Of a stretch of DNA of 36,169 nucleotides, positions 1 through 10,189 are shown piece by piece (the stretch's first letter is position 1; each line of letters begins with the position of its first letter). The translations under genes and the position numbers were made by a program. A model generated the notes under the pieces. The model did not search any database. It saw nothing but the letters and a program-made list of their open reading frames with translations, and was not told the origin of the DNA. This DNA comes from Octopus bimaculoides (taxonomy: Eukaryota): positions 47,101,447 through 47,137,615 of the forward strand of contig NC_068991.1 in assembly GCF_001194135.2 (NCBI RefSeq). Reading direction: 5' to 3'.

Positions 1-214
1 TAAAAGAGAAGAAACTCAGACAGACAGACAGAAAGGAAGAGAAGAATTGATCCTAGTATATCATCAATAATTCATTATTGATCTCAAAGGGATAAATAGC
101 AAAGTTGACTTAAGCAGGATTTGAACTCAAGAGCATAGGGATCTGGAGCCCTTGCCACAAAGTGATCAATCTGACACTCTACTGACTCAACCAACTGGCC
201 ACTTTCATTTAGAT

Positions 215-573
215 CAGGGGTTCTCAACCATTTTTTATCAATGGACCCCTTTGATTACTATTTTATTCTGCTAGACCTCCCCATTTCCCATAGCTAATCA
301 ATGTTTAAAAACTAGTTTTATAGAAACTTCTTTTGAAATTCCTATTTTGTTTTCCACCCATTAACTTCTGTAGGTTAGACAATGTAAAATGTTAGAGAAA
401 AAAACCAAGCTATTTCTTGCAATACATACCAATGTATACATCTAAAGCAAAATCTTTTTCAGGAACCTTAAAATATCATTGTGGATCCCCAATTTACTAT
501 TTTGTAGTATGGACCCCCAAAAAATCTCATATGGATCCTCAGGGACCATATGGATCCCAGTTAAGAACTACTG
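215..573. mobile_element. hAT-like MITE (non-autonomous DNA transposon)
   Basis: Imperfect terminal inverted repeats CAGGGGTTCTCAAC (215) and GTTAAGAACTACTG (573). CAG..CTG termini are hAT-like. No clean 8-bp TSD. Confidence 0.55.
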
Positions 574-694
574 ATGGACTATACCTGAAGATAAAAAAGT
601 CTTGCATGTTATGAAAAGATCTTTACTGATGTTCATATCCCACAACCCCACTAAAATTCTCCCAATGCACTCTATATATACAGAGCCCCTAAGA

Positions 695-861
695 CAATGG
701 TTCTAAACCAGGGTCCATATAAGATTTTGTTGAAATTTATCTGCAATAAATCAGTTATACTTCTACTGTACACAAAATGTTTTAACAATGTTTTTATACA
801 ATTCCTAATGACATTTAGTTACAAAGATATAACATTTTTTAAACATCAAATAGCTAGGATG

Positions 862-892
<31 letters not shown>

Positions 893-1295
893 GTTTAAAC
901 ATCTGCATTCCATGCTAGCATGGGTTGGACGATTTGACTGAGGACTGGTGAACCAGAAGGCTACACCAGGCTCCAATCTGATTTGGCAGAGTTTCTACAG
1001 CTGGATGCCCTTCCTCACGCCAACCACTCTGAGAGTGTAGTGGGTGTTTTTACGTGTCACCCGCACGAAGGCCAGTCAGGCGGTACTGGCAACAGCCACG
1101 CTCGAAATGGTGTATTTTATGTGCCACCTGCACAGGAGCCAGTCCAGCGGCACTGGCAATGATCTCGCTCGAATGTCTTTACACATGCCACCGGCACAAG
1201 TGCCAGGAAGGTGACACTGGGCACAGGTGCCATCACGATCTGAGTAAAAAAGAAATCAAAGGGGTCCATAGGTAATAAATGGTTGAGGACCACTG
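695..1295. mobile_element. hAT-like MITE related to 215-573, opposite orientation, interrupted by family A
   Basis: TIRs CAATGGTTCTAAAC and GTTGAGGACCACTG. The reverse complement of the right end (cagtggtcctcaaccatttattacctatggacccctttgatt) matches the left end of the 215 element. Confidence 0.55.
865..1250 (-). mobile_element. Family A non-autonomous retroelement: ~65-bp internal repeats, hairpin end, (GAT)n tail
   Basis: Homologous to 8041-8476, 15091-15445 and 34331-34693. The tail reads (CAT)n on + at 865-892. Confidence 0.85.
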
Positions 1296-1424
1296 CTCAA
1301 GAAAATGTGAGATAATTTTCTTTCGACAGTTGAACTCAAAGTAGATAAGGCTATAAAAAAAATCATATAGACTTCTAACCAAAGGGTTGTTTAATCCAAC
1401 ATTAACACATTATTTATATAGCTT

Positions 1425-1628
1425 AAGGTGGTGAGCTAACAGAATCACTAGCATGCCAAGCAAAAGGCTTAACGGTATTTCATCTGAGTTCAAGTTCTGT
1501 TGAGGTTGACTTGGCCTTTCATCTTTTCAGGGTTGATAAAATAAGTACCAGTTAAACACTGGTGTCAATGTGATTGACTTATCCCTCATCAAAATTGCTG
1601 GCTTTGCACCAAAATTTTAAATCGTTAC
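1425..1628 (+). mobile_element. SINE B (tRNA-derived) with 13-bp TSD
   Basis: Pol III A-box-like and B-box-like (GAGTTCAAGTTC) motifs. TSD TTATATAGCTTAA at 1414-1426 and 1629-1641. Confidence 0.85.
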
Positions 1629-2177
1629 TTATATAGCTTAATCTACTTCAAGTTCAACCATTAAAAACAAATTGTTTGTGTGTGAGAGCACATGCACACA
1701 TGTCTGAGTTTGTCCTCCACTCCAGCCCACTACTCAACAATTGGTACCAGTTTGTTTACTCCTCCCAATAACTTAGAGTTTGGCAAAAAGAAGCCTGTTC
1801 CAGATTTAAAAAGGAAATAAGTCCTATGTTTGAAACAGCTAAAGAGTAAATATGATTAATAAAACAAACTAAGCTTTCTGTATCTTACTCAAAATTTTTA
1901 ATTCTAAAATAATTTTTGAAAGCTTTCCTTGTGAAGAACAAAAGTCATTTTTTGTTTGGTCTTCAGTGAACCATAAAGTCAAATAGAGAATTGCTGCTTT
2001 AATCCTATAATTAGCATATTTCTTTGTTTCGGTTAATTTTGAAAATAATAAAGAATTTAGTGAGAGAACTTTGTCATTATTAAACTGATGTTTGAAACAT
2101 AAAATTAACATGAAATCTTGATGGAAGGTTTTAATTTAGTTCATTTTTGTAATTGTTTGGTAAAATTATTGATGGGA

Positions 2178-2462
2178 ATTCATGTGTTGAAACAAATTTT
2201 GCTGTGTCTTGAGAGAGTTACTATGCCAATAATAACACACACAGACACACAGATTCAGTTTAACTTCTTTGCTGTTAGTCAATTGGTTAAATATCTAAGC
2301 AATTAGGTGCAGGTGTGACTGTATGGTCAGAAGCTTGCTTCCCAACCACATGGTTCCGAATTCAGACCCACTGTGTTGCACCTTTGGCAAGTGTCTACTA
2401 TAGCCACAGGCCAACCAAAGCTTTGTGAATGGATTTTGTAGATGGAAACTGAAAGAACCCTG

Positions 2463-2496
<34 letters not shown>

Positions 2497-3058
2497 TTGT
2501 TCTCCATTACCACTTGATAAGTGGTAGCAATATGTTTACATCCTTATAACTTAGCAGTTCAGCAAAAGAAACTAATAGAATAAGTACCAGGCTTCAAAAA
2601 TAAATCCTAGGGTCAATTTGTTCTAAAACCCTTCAAAGCAGTGCTCCAGCAAGAATACAGTCAAATGACTGAAACAAATAAAAGATTTAAAAAAATAAAT
2701 AACTAACTAATCGATCATTTGCTTACTGTTACTCGTTAAACAATCAATCAATCAATCAATCAATCAGTTATTTGTTAACCAAAATTCTTTCGTCACTGTT
2801 TGCGACCTATTCAGTAACTTAGTGACTTCCTCTCTATGGAGAGGAAGTCATTAACTCACTGAAAAGATAACGAATGGCAATTGATTGCTTAACTAGCACA
2901 TTAAACAACCGATCAATTAGTAAATTGATAAGATGTTTAACAAATTGACTAACAGTAAAGAAACGGAACTGAACCTGTGCGTGAGTTACTGTCATTGGCC
3001 CAGTGACTCTCCCAAGACACAACAAAGTTTTAATTTGGATCATATTAAAACAGGAAGT
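2178..3058. repeat. Long imperfect foldback palindrome centred at 2836/2837, left arm split by SINE C
   Basis: 2190-2300 matches the reverse complement of 2931-3040. 2700-2750 matches the reverse complement of 2875-2925. Perfect central stem TGACTTCCTCTC-tatg-GAGAGGAAGTCA at 2823-2850. Confidence 0.85.
2306..2692 (+). mobile_element. SINE C (tRNA head, CORE-like motif, internal (TG)n, A-rich tail)
   Basis: Head GGTGCAGGTGTGACTGTATGG..GGTTCCGAATTC, motif CACCTTTGGCAAGTGTCTACT, internal (GT)n, tail GACTGAAACAAATAAAAGA. Homologous to 4153 and 34895. Confidence 0.85.
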
Positions 3059-3984
3059 TTGTCTCATAGAAATCAGGCAAGTGGTATTGAAATGGTTAAT
3101 GCTTCTGATGCAACCACTCCAATCTCTTTGGTTGTGGTTGGACACGGTGGGGTGGGGTTTGGGGAGGTGGTGCAAATCACTTTAATGTTCATCCTCTTTC
3201 TCTCTCTAAGGTGGACAGAATACAGAATTAGTTAACAGTAGTTTACTGGTATTGATTCCATTGACTTATCCCCCCACACAAACACACACTTTTTCCCTTC
3301 TCCAACATCATATGCTTTGTATCTGATCAAAAGAAATCGATAGTAACCAGCCGCACACACACACATATACACACACGCACACTCAACAACCAGTGCTAAA
3401 AAAAAAATCAGCAAAGCAAAGCAAAATGGCAGCTGTAAGGAAAAAGGGCAGGAGAGGAAGAAAGATGAATGGATGAAAGGGTGTGATGGAAATATAGATA
3501 GGCTAGGGCCTTTGATCTAATTATACACCTCTCCCTCCCCGCTTCATCATCTTTTGTTCCTTTTTTTTTTTTATTGCCTCTCTCTGTGTGATTGTGTATG
3601 GTATGTATTTCTCTGTTGCACTGGCAAGAGGGTGGGGGGAATAAGGAGTAGATAGTTCACTGAGGGCATGTGAACTCATTAAACTCTCTCCCTCTTTCAT
3701 TGCAGAGGGAGAGAGAATGTGGGACTTATACTTGTCCCCCCCTCCCCGCCATCACTACACTCTGCTGCCAGCACCAACTGGAATGTGGAAAATCTAGAGC
3801 TAAGGAAAGAGCCTCTATATAGTCAGTCACGAGAAATAGAAATAGCAGCCAAATCTCCCTCTGTACTAACAGAGACAGAAGGAACTGGACATAGAGAGAA
3901 CGTGGGATTTGCGCTTGCAGAGAACCCCCGCAAGAGAAATACAAAAGATCTGGAACCAATAAAGGAGCCAGTGTAGTTGTTTAA

Positions 3985-4148
3985 CCTGTGAGAAATAGCA
4001 GCTAAATCTCCTTCCAATCATACTCTTTTGTCTTTAAAACAAAGGACATGATGTGGCCTAAGGCTGGAATAGTCAAGACTGGAATGCTTTTGATTATATA
4101 TAGATCTACTCAATGAGGATGGAACTGGGGCTAAAATACAACAACAAC
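3985..4148 (+). mobile_element. Family F repeat fragment with (CAA)n tail
   Basis: GAAATAGCAGCTAAATCTCC...GGCTGGAAT...CTGGGGCTAAA-(CAA)n. Also present at 20765-20990 (+), 10770-10975 (-) and partially at 13226. Confidence 0.65.
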
Positions 4149-4152
4149 ATAT

Positions 4153-4323
4153 GGGTGCAGGAGTGGCTGTGTGGTAAGTAGCTTGCTTACCAACCACATG
4201 GTTCCAGGTTCAGTCCCACTGCATGGCATCTTGGGCAAGTGTCTTCCACTATAGCCTTGGGCCGACCAAAGCCTTGTGAGTGGATTTGGTAGACAGAGAC
4301 TGAAAGAAACCCGTCGTATGCAT

Positions 4324-4386
<63 letters not shown>

Positions 4387-4563
4387 TGTGTGTCTGGTTT
4401 GTCCCCCCCCCCAACATCGCTTGACAATTGATGCTGGTGTGTTTAGGTTCCTGTAACTTAGCGGTTTGACCAATAGAATAAGTACTAGGCTTACAAAGAA
4501 TAAGTCCTGGGCAGTGCTCCAGCATGGCCACAGTCAAATGACTGAAACAAGTAAAAGAATAAA
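4153..4563 (+). mobile_element. SINE C, near full length
   Basis: GGTGCAGGAGTGGCTGTGTGGTAAG head, B-box GGTTCAGTCCC, long internal (TG)n, GTAAAAGAATAAA tail. Confidence 0.9.
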
Positions 4564-4759
4564 GGTCTTCATAACATCAAGAGGTCTTCCCCAGAGTGAG
4601 AACCATCTCAACAGTGGCAAAAGCTTGGCCATTTGTCACCGGAGCCCTTAATTCATTCTTAACACTTACACACTTTCCTAGCACCCACTCCTGCCGGGAT
4701 CCCAATCTGTCAGCCTCACTGGCATGGCAATACTTACTGAACCACTTTCACTACAATCG

Positions 4760-5095
4760 CCATAACTAGCAACACTACTATTACTACCACAACTATCACA
4801 ATCCACCACCACCACTGCTAATATCACCAGTTTTCTTTCCTCCACTACTATTACTATCATCCTCACACCATCACCACAGCTGCCACAACACAACACAATA
4901 CTCATCACCACCATTGCAGCCATCAACACCAACACCACCACAACTACCAATACCATCATTACTGTTACCGACACTGCAACCACCACCACCACCACCCTTT
5001 GCCTTCATTAGCACCACCACCACAACCACCACCATCTCTGCCATCATCACCACCAACACCACTTCCATCACTGCCACCATCATCACCACTACTGT
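4760..5095 (+). repeat. Degenerate (CAC/CAT/ACT)n low-complexity tract
   Basis: Direct reading. It produces the Val-rich and Thr/Pro-rich pseudo-ORFs in the track. Confidence 0.8.
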
Positions 5096-5742
5096 GAACT
5101 CTGTGTCAACATGGAGACATATTCCTGTGACAGGTTCCATCCAATATAGCATCCATTCAGCCATCCGTCCATTCTCCTCTCTTCAGACCCTTCCTGTCTC
5201 CCCAGCTCAACCCTGGGACTGAACCAGATGTTGGCAACAAGCCTAATCCTTCCATACCCCCACCCCCACCAGATACTGTCGTTATCCCAACCTCCACCCC
5301 AAGCGGTAACTTTTCTTCCAGGGTGGCAGTGAATGAACGAATCGATGAATAAGCACAGGGGCAGGGGAAGATGACAACGACGACAAGGAACATAGAGAAC
5401 CGAAGTGAGAAGAGAAATGTAAGAGTGAGGGATAAACATTGTGGTTATATACAATAGAAGTTGATCTGAAGGAAATTTAGCTGTTATTACTAACAGGACA
5501 AGCATATAAACTTCCTTATGGCAGTGGTGGTGGTGGTGGATTAGGGTCGTTTGAGTTGAGTGAAAGGAAGACGTATGTGTATGTAAGTAAAACACAGACC
5601 CCTTAATAGCTGGTGGGGGAGACTTGAACAGTGTGTGTGTGTTCCTTAGAAAGAACAGCCATGTAAAGAACAAGAGCAATACCCAAGAGGTTGGCAGGAA
5701 AAGATTGACAAAACTACTCCACCCTTTTTTTCGTGGATTTTT

Positions 5743-6010
5743 CTAACCCTTTAGCATTCAAATTACTCTGTCGAATGTTGTTATATTTCATTTATATGTC
5801 ATTTCTTTTTTCTTGTGAAATAAACACATGCACTATATATTTGTTCTTCACTTCTTTATTATTATCATTCTTATGATTATGACTATTGTCTGGAAATCTT
5901 TAATCACACACCAGTGACCTCTTCCGCAGCTCTCCATCTCACATGTCTCCTATTGTTTTGAATTAATCATGCATTATCTAGTAGCTTCAGGATTTCAATA
6001 ATATGATTAA
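5743..6010. mobile_element. Fragmented piggyBac-type MITE E
   Basis: Terminus (c)TAACCCTTTAGCATTCAAATTACTCTGTC at 5743, plus internal segment TTGTTTTGAATTAATCATGCATTATC at about 5953. Both match 17197-17418. Confidence 0.65.
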
Positions 6011-6011
6011 T

Positions 6012-6180
6012 AATACAGTTCTATATTTAAGAGATGAGGAATTATGTACATTATTTACATTCGACAGACATTTGTCCTCATCTTGTTTGTTGTTAACATA
6101 ACGTTTCGGCTGATATACCCTCCGGCCTTCTTCAGGTGTCTTGAGGAAATTTCGAACCTGGGTTCTCATTCCTAAGGTAT
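6012..6180 (-). mobile_element. Penelope-like (PLE)/retrozyme-type repeat fragment
   Basis: Carries a CCTGAAGAAG..CCGAAACG motif of the kind found in PLE terminal repeats. No RT or GIY-YIG coding sequence is visible. Confidence 0.55.
6095..6140 (-). ncRNA. Minimal type I hammerhead ribozyme-like motif
   Basis: Minus strand reads GACAC-CTGAAGA-A-GGCCGGAGGGTATATCAGCC-GAAAC-GTT-ATGTT. It shows the core CUGANGA and GAAA, stem II GGC(C)GG/UCAGCC, palindromic ACGU stem III, and stem I GACAC/AUGUU with one mismatch. Confidence 0.6.
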
Positions 6181-6648
6181 GAACACCATCATCATCATCA
6201 TCTCTCCATATCCCTCTCTACCTGCTCATCTCCCCCCCCCTCTCTCGGATACATAGTTTATAACCTGAAGAAAGGTGATATTGCTATTACAAGCAGATTT
6301 CAACTTACGCTATTTCACACTGTCATTAGTCTCAATGAACATATTTAAAAGCATCATAACCAACAGAGTGCCAGTTCTACAAGCAAGCCAAACACAGTGT
6401 CCATCATTGGTTTATTCACACCCAAAAGGGATCGACGAATATACTTCCTGTTATCTTATTCTGCTTGCCTACTTCTCTGACCCCCCTCTCTTCTTACTAT
6501 AAAACATTTCCTTTTCTTTTATCCATCCCCTCATCTCCTTCCCATACAATCTGACAAACTACCCATCCACTCACTTCTACTCACCTTGTGCCTTGCGGAG
6601 GGGGGGGGGGTCACCTGAGAACTTCATCGGCATTATCTATCTCTTGCA

Positions 6649-6863
6649 AAGGCAGTGAGCTGGCAGAATCATTAGCACACTGGACAAAATACTTAGCAGT
6701 ATTTCGTCCATTGCTACATTCTGAGTTCAAATTCTGCCGAGGTCAACTTTGCCTTTCAGTCTTTCGGGGGCTGATAAATTAAGTACCATTTGAGTACTAG
6801 GGTCAATGTAAGCGACTATTCCCCCTCCCTAAAATTTCAGGTCTGGTGCTTATAGTAGAAAGG
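6649..6863 (+). mobile_element. SINE B with ~15-bp TSD
   Basis: Full B body. TSD ATTATCTATCTCTTG (6632-6646) and ATTATCTACCTCTTG (6864-6878). Confidence 0.85.
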
Positions 6864-7114
6864 ATTATCTACCTCTTGTAGCTCCTACTGGTCATTTTCT
6901 CTTTCTCTTCCCTTCCTCTGCTAAATGTGAGGAGCCATGCAAATCCTCCACAAGATCCTGCTTTCACACACCCCACCCATCCATCCCTTTTCTCATGGTT
7001 TAATCCTCTTGTCCCCTAGCATGAAGCTGGCTCCCCACCTCCTCCAGGGTTTGTAATCTTGGCAATCTCAATAGTGTAAGCGGCACTCAAAAATAAAAGA
7101 GACTCTTCTCCCAG

Positions 7115-7275
7115 AACACAGTGTGAAGTGGTTGGCATTAGGAAGGGCATCCAGCCGCAGAAACTCTGCCGAAGCAGATAATGGAACACGATTCAGTCCT
7201 TGGTCTCGTTAGACCATGGCAAACAGTCCAATCCATGCCAGCAATGGAGGAAGCATGAATGGTGAATGATGACAA
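7115..7275 (+). mobile_element. Family A-like 3' fragment (diverged)
   Basis: GTGGTTGGCATTAGGAAGGGCATCCAGCC...CCATGCCAGCA followed by a degenerate GAT tail. Confidence 0.7.
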
Positions 7276-8040
7276 TGACAATGATTTTTTTCTTATTCTC
7301 CATCTTCCACCACAACCACCACCTTTATTACGCTCTTTATTCACTTTGGATTCACAGAATTTTTAATATATTATTAATATAAGTACATTCAATTTTCTCT
7401 CTCATTCTCTCATTCCCACTATAACCACCATCTCAACAGAATGGAAAAGAATTGTGGAGGGTGGGGTGATGAGGATAGAGAGGTAAAACACAAATTACTC
7501 TCCTTCCATCTGCCTAGCAAATTGAATTCTCTTAATTAATAGTGCAGCTATTGTTGTTGATGTTATTGTTGTTGTCATTGTAATTAATAACATTGCTATC
7601 GCATTTTTTTAATTTTTTTTTTTTTACCTTTTTGATGCTGGCTAATATTGCTTATATATTGTTCCTTGCTCTTCCTGCTATCACTGTTGTTGTTATTGTT
7701 TCTCTTTTTTCTCCCTAATATTGTTTATTGTGTTTGCTGCCGTTTCTACTATTGTTGTTGTTGTTACTAATGCTGGCACTACTATTACTGTTATTGTTAT
7801 ATCTGTTGTGGTCGTTGTTACTGATGTTCTTTTTCTAATATTATTGTATTTATTATAGTTGCTGATAATGGTGGTGGTGGTGGTGGTGGTGTAGTCACTA
7901 CTGCTTTAGTAAATCGGAAATCATTAATATTGAAATTAAGAAATAATTATAACTACTGTCATTGTAATTAATGTTGTAGTCAATTATTATTGCAATAGTT
8001 GTAGCTGTTTATTATTATTATTATTATTATTATAATAACA

Positions 8041-8476
8041 GCACCATCTGAGCAGGATCACTGCCAGAGCAGCAGTCTGACTACCGTGCCGGTGGCATGT
8101 AAAAAGCACCATTTGAGCGTGATCGTTACCAGTGTCGCCTTACTGGCACTTGTGCCGGTTGCAAGTGAACAAAACATTCGAGCGAGGTCATTGCCAGCGC
8201 CGCTGGACTGGCTCCTGTGCAAGTGGCACATAAAAACACCATTTGAGAGTGGCCATTGCCAGTACTGCCAGACTGGCCTTCATGCCGGTGGCACATAAAA
8301 GCACCCACTACACTCTCGGAGTGGTTGGCGTTAGGAAGGGCATCCAGCTGTAGAAACTCTGCCAGATCAGATAGGAGCCTGGTGCAGCCATCTGGTTTGC
8401 CAGTCCTCAGTCAAATTGTCCAACCCATGCTAGCATGGAAAGTGGACGGTAAATGATGATGATGATGATGATGATA
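8041..8476 (+). mobile_element. Family A with four internal ~65-bp repeat units
   Basis: Units start near 8041, 8106, 8174 and 8237. They are followed by GGTTGGCGTTAGGAAGGGCATCC, the hairpin CCATGCTAGCATGG and (GAT)n. Confidence 0.85.
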
Positions 8477-8477
8477 T

Positions 8478-8925
8478 TAAGGTGGCAAGCTGGCAGAATC
8501 GTTAGCATACTAAGTAAGACGCCTAGCAGCATTTCATTTGTCTTCAAATGCCACGGGAGTTGACTTTGCCTTTCATCCTTTCAGGGTCAATAAAATAAAT
8601 AACAGTTGAGAACTGGGATCGACGTAATCAACTTATCCCCTCCCAAAAAATTTCAGGCCTTGTGCCTATAGTAGAAAGGATTATTATTATTACTATTATC
8701 ATTATTTTTGAGGTGGCAAGCCGGCAGAATTGTTAGTACACTGGGCAAAATGCCTCATGGTATTTCATCCGTCTTTACGTTCTGAGTTCAAATTCCACTG
8801 AAGCTGACTTTGCTTTTCATCCTTTTGGAGTTGATAAAATAAGTACCAGTTGAGTACTGGGGTCAATGTAATCAACTGTCTCCCTCCCCCAAATTTCAAG
8901 CCTTGTGCCTTTAGTAGAAAGGATT
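8478..8925 (+). mobile_element. Two head-to-tail SINE B copies separated and followed by (ATT)n
   Basis: AAGGTGGCAAGCTGGCAGAATCG heads near 8479 and 8711, each ending GTAGAAAGG-(ATT)n. Confidence 0.9.
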
Positions 8926-8964
8926 ATTATTATTATTATTACTATTATTATTATTATTATTATT

Positions 8965-9176
8965 AGGTGCAGGCATGGCTTTGGGGTTAAGAAGGCTGCT
9001 TTTCAGCCACATGGTCTCAGGTTCAGTCACACTGTATGACACCTTGAACAATGAATTCTGTTATAGCCCCAGGCCAACCAAAGCCTTGTGAGTGGATTTG
9101 GTAGACAGAATCTGAAAGAAGTCAGTTGTACCCCAGCATCGCTGCAGCTGAATAATTAGAACAAGTAAAAGAAAGA
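8965..9176 (+). mobile_element. Internally deleted SINE C
   Basis: The C head through GAAAGAAG joins directly to the C tail CCCCAGCAT..ACAAGTAAAAGA. Confidence 0.7.
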
Positions 9177-9184
9177 AGATATGC

Positions 9185-9410
9185 ATATCATTTTCATCAT
9201 CATCATTGTTCTAATGTACACTTTTCCATGCTTGCATGTGTAGGATGCAATTTCTTGATTTCTACAGCCAGATGTCCTTCCTGTCACCTGTTTCCAAGTA
9301 AGATAATATTCCCCATGGTGAGACAGGTTTTCACAGATTTCAAACAGACACTGCTTGCATGACAGTAACTTGCATTTACTACAACAATATGAAGTCAAGG
9401 AAAGGAGACA
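9185..9410 (-). mobile_element. Family G repeat ((GAT)n tail, hairpin end shared with A)
   Basis: TTTTCCATGCTTGCATG..GATGTCCTTCCTGTCACC..TTTCCAAGTAAG..TTCCCCATGG. Homologous to 10490-10705 (+) and 32128-32365 (-). Confidence 0.75.
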
Positions 9411-9433
9411 ATAATATATACACACACATATAC

Positions 9434-9473
<40 letters not shown>

Positions 9474-9704
9474 NNNNNNNNNNNNNNNNNNNNNNNNNNN
9501 NNNNNNNNNNNNNNNNNNNNNNNNNNNNNNNNNNNNNNNNNNNNNNNNNNNNNNNNNNNNNNNNNNNNNNNNNNNNNNNNNNNNNNNNNNNNNNNNNNNN
9601 NNNNNNNNNNNNNNNNNNNNNNNNNNNNNNNNNNNNNNNNNNNNNNNNNNNNNNNNNNNNNNNNNNNNNNNNNNNNNNNNNNNNNNNNNNNNNNNNNNNN
9701 NNNN
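9474..9704. other. Assembly gap (other gaps: 12317-13119, 16354-16430, 18214-18350, 27243-27754, 33233-34118)
   Basis: Runs of N, several abutting microsatellites. Confidence 1.
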
Positions 9705-9883
9705 AAGTCCAGGCAAGGTTGTTTATGGAAGACCAGCAGTCACCCATACACACCAGCCTCCCTTCTCCACACCACTGATGTTATCCAAGGGAAAGGCAAA
9801 GGCCAATACAGCTTGGCACCAGTGATGCCGCAACTCATTTCTATAGCTGAGTGAATTGGAGGAACATGAATAAAGTGTCTTGC
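9705..9883 (-). mobile_element. SINE D, 5'-truncated, running into the gap
   Basis: Reverse complement matches 30620-30810 (GAGCAAGACACTTTATT..GCCAAGCTGTATTGGCCTTTGCCTTTCCCTTGGATAACATC). Confidence 0.85.
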
Positions 9884-10189
9884 TCAGACGGTATAGCAAA
9901 TTCAATTGAAGAATTCAGCTATAAACCAGAAGGGATTACCTTTTATGCATATTTTTGAAGATATGAAGAAATCTTCAAAGAAGAATGTTATTCTTGGTAA
10001 AAGGAAAAAATGTCAAACACAAAAGACATATCAACCAACTAAAAAAAAGATCCATGGAAAAAAACGGGAAATGAAATCCCCATGGAACACCCAAAACAAT
10101 TTGAAACTACACATTCTAGCACTAGAAAACAGAAAAGAACAGTAACACTAGAATTGAACCCTAAGTGCAAGAGACTAAATGTGGACTGA
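9884..10189 (+). pseudogene. Ty3/gypsy relic: gag N-terminal piece joined to an integrase C-terminal-like piece
   Basis: 9884-10009 translates SDGIANSIEEFSYKPEGITFYAYF*RYEEIFKEECYSW*KEK (gypsy gag F.Y.PE.G.TF..Y..RY pattern). 10021-10050 gives KRHINQLKKR and 10073-10189 gives EIPME..RKQKRTVTLELNPKCKRLNVD*. Recognised from memory of the family, not searched. Confidence 0.55.

Noticed and set aside
207-1303. 8-bp TSDs for the two hAT-like MITEs
   Set aside because: The flanks (ATTTAGAT/ATGGACTA and CCCTAAGA/CTCAAGAA) do not match, so the hAT call rests on the termini alone.
3706-3976. 85-aa ORF after an acceptor-like CTCTTTCATTGCAG, with duplicated GAGAGAA(T/C)GTGGGA and F-head motifs
   Set aside because: It is partly made of family F sequence and short degenerate duplications, and no domain is recognisable.
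4131-4537. THTH, IYIY, poly-R/S and poly-I ORFs throughout the window
   Set aside because: Translations of (CA)n, (TA)n, (GAA)n and (ATT)n microsatellites inside or beside SINEs.
6585-6614. Possible 30-nt minus-strand microexon (CAG|GTGACC..CAAG|GTGAGT)
   Set aside because: The donor is good, but the acceptor has a poor pyrimidine tract and there is no partner exon or homology.
8041-8300. Repeat array resembling a CRISPR or attC cassette
   Set aside because: There are no unique spacers, the units are whole diverged repeats, the array belongs to a dispersed retroelement, and the context is eukaryotic with no cas or integrase gene.
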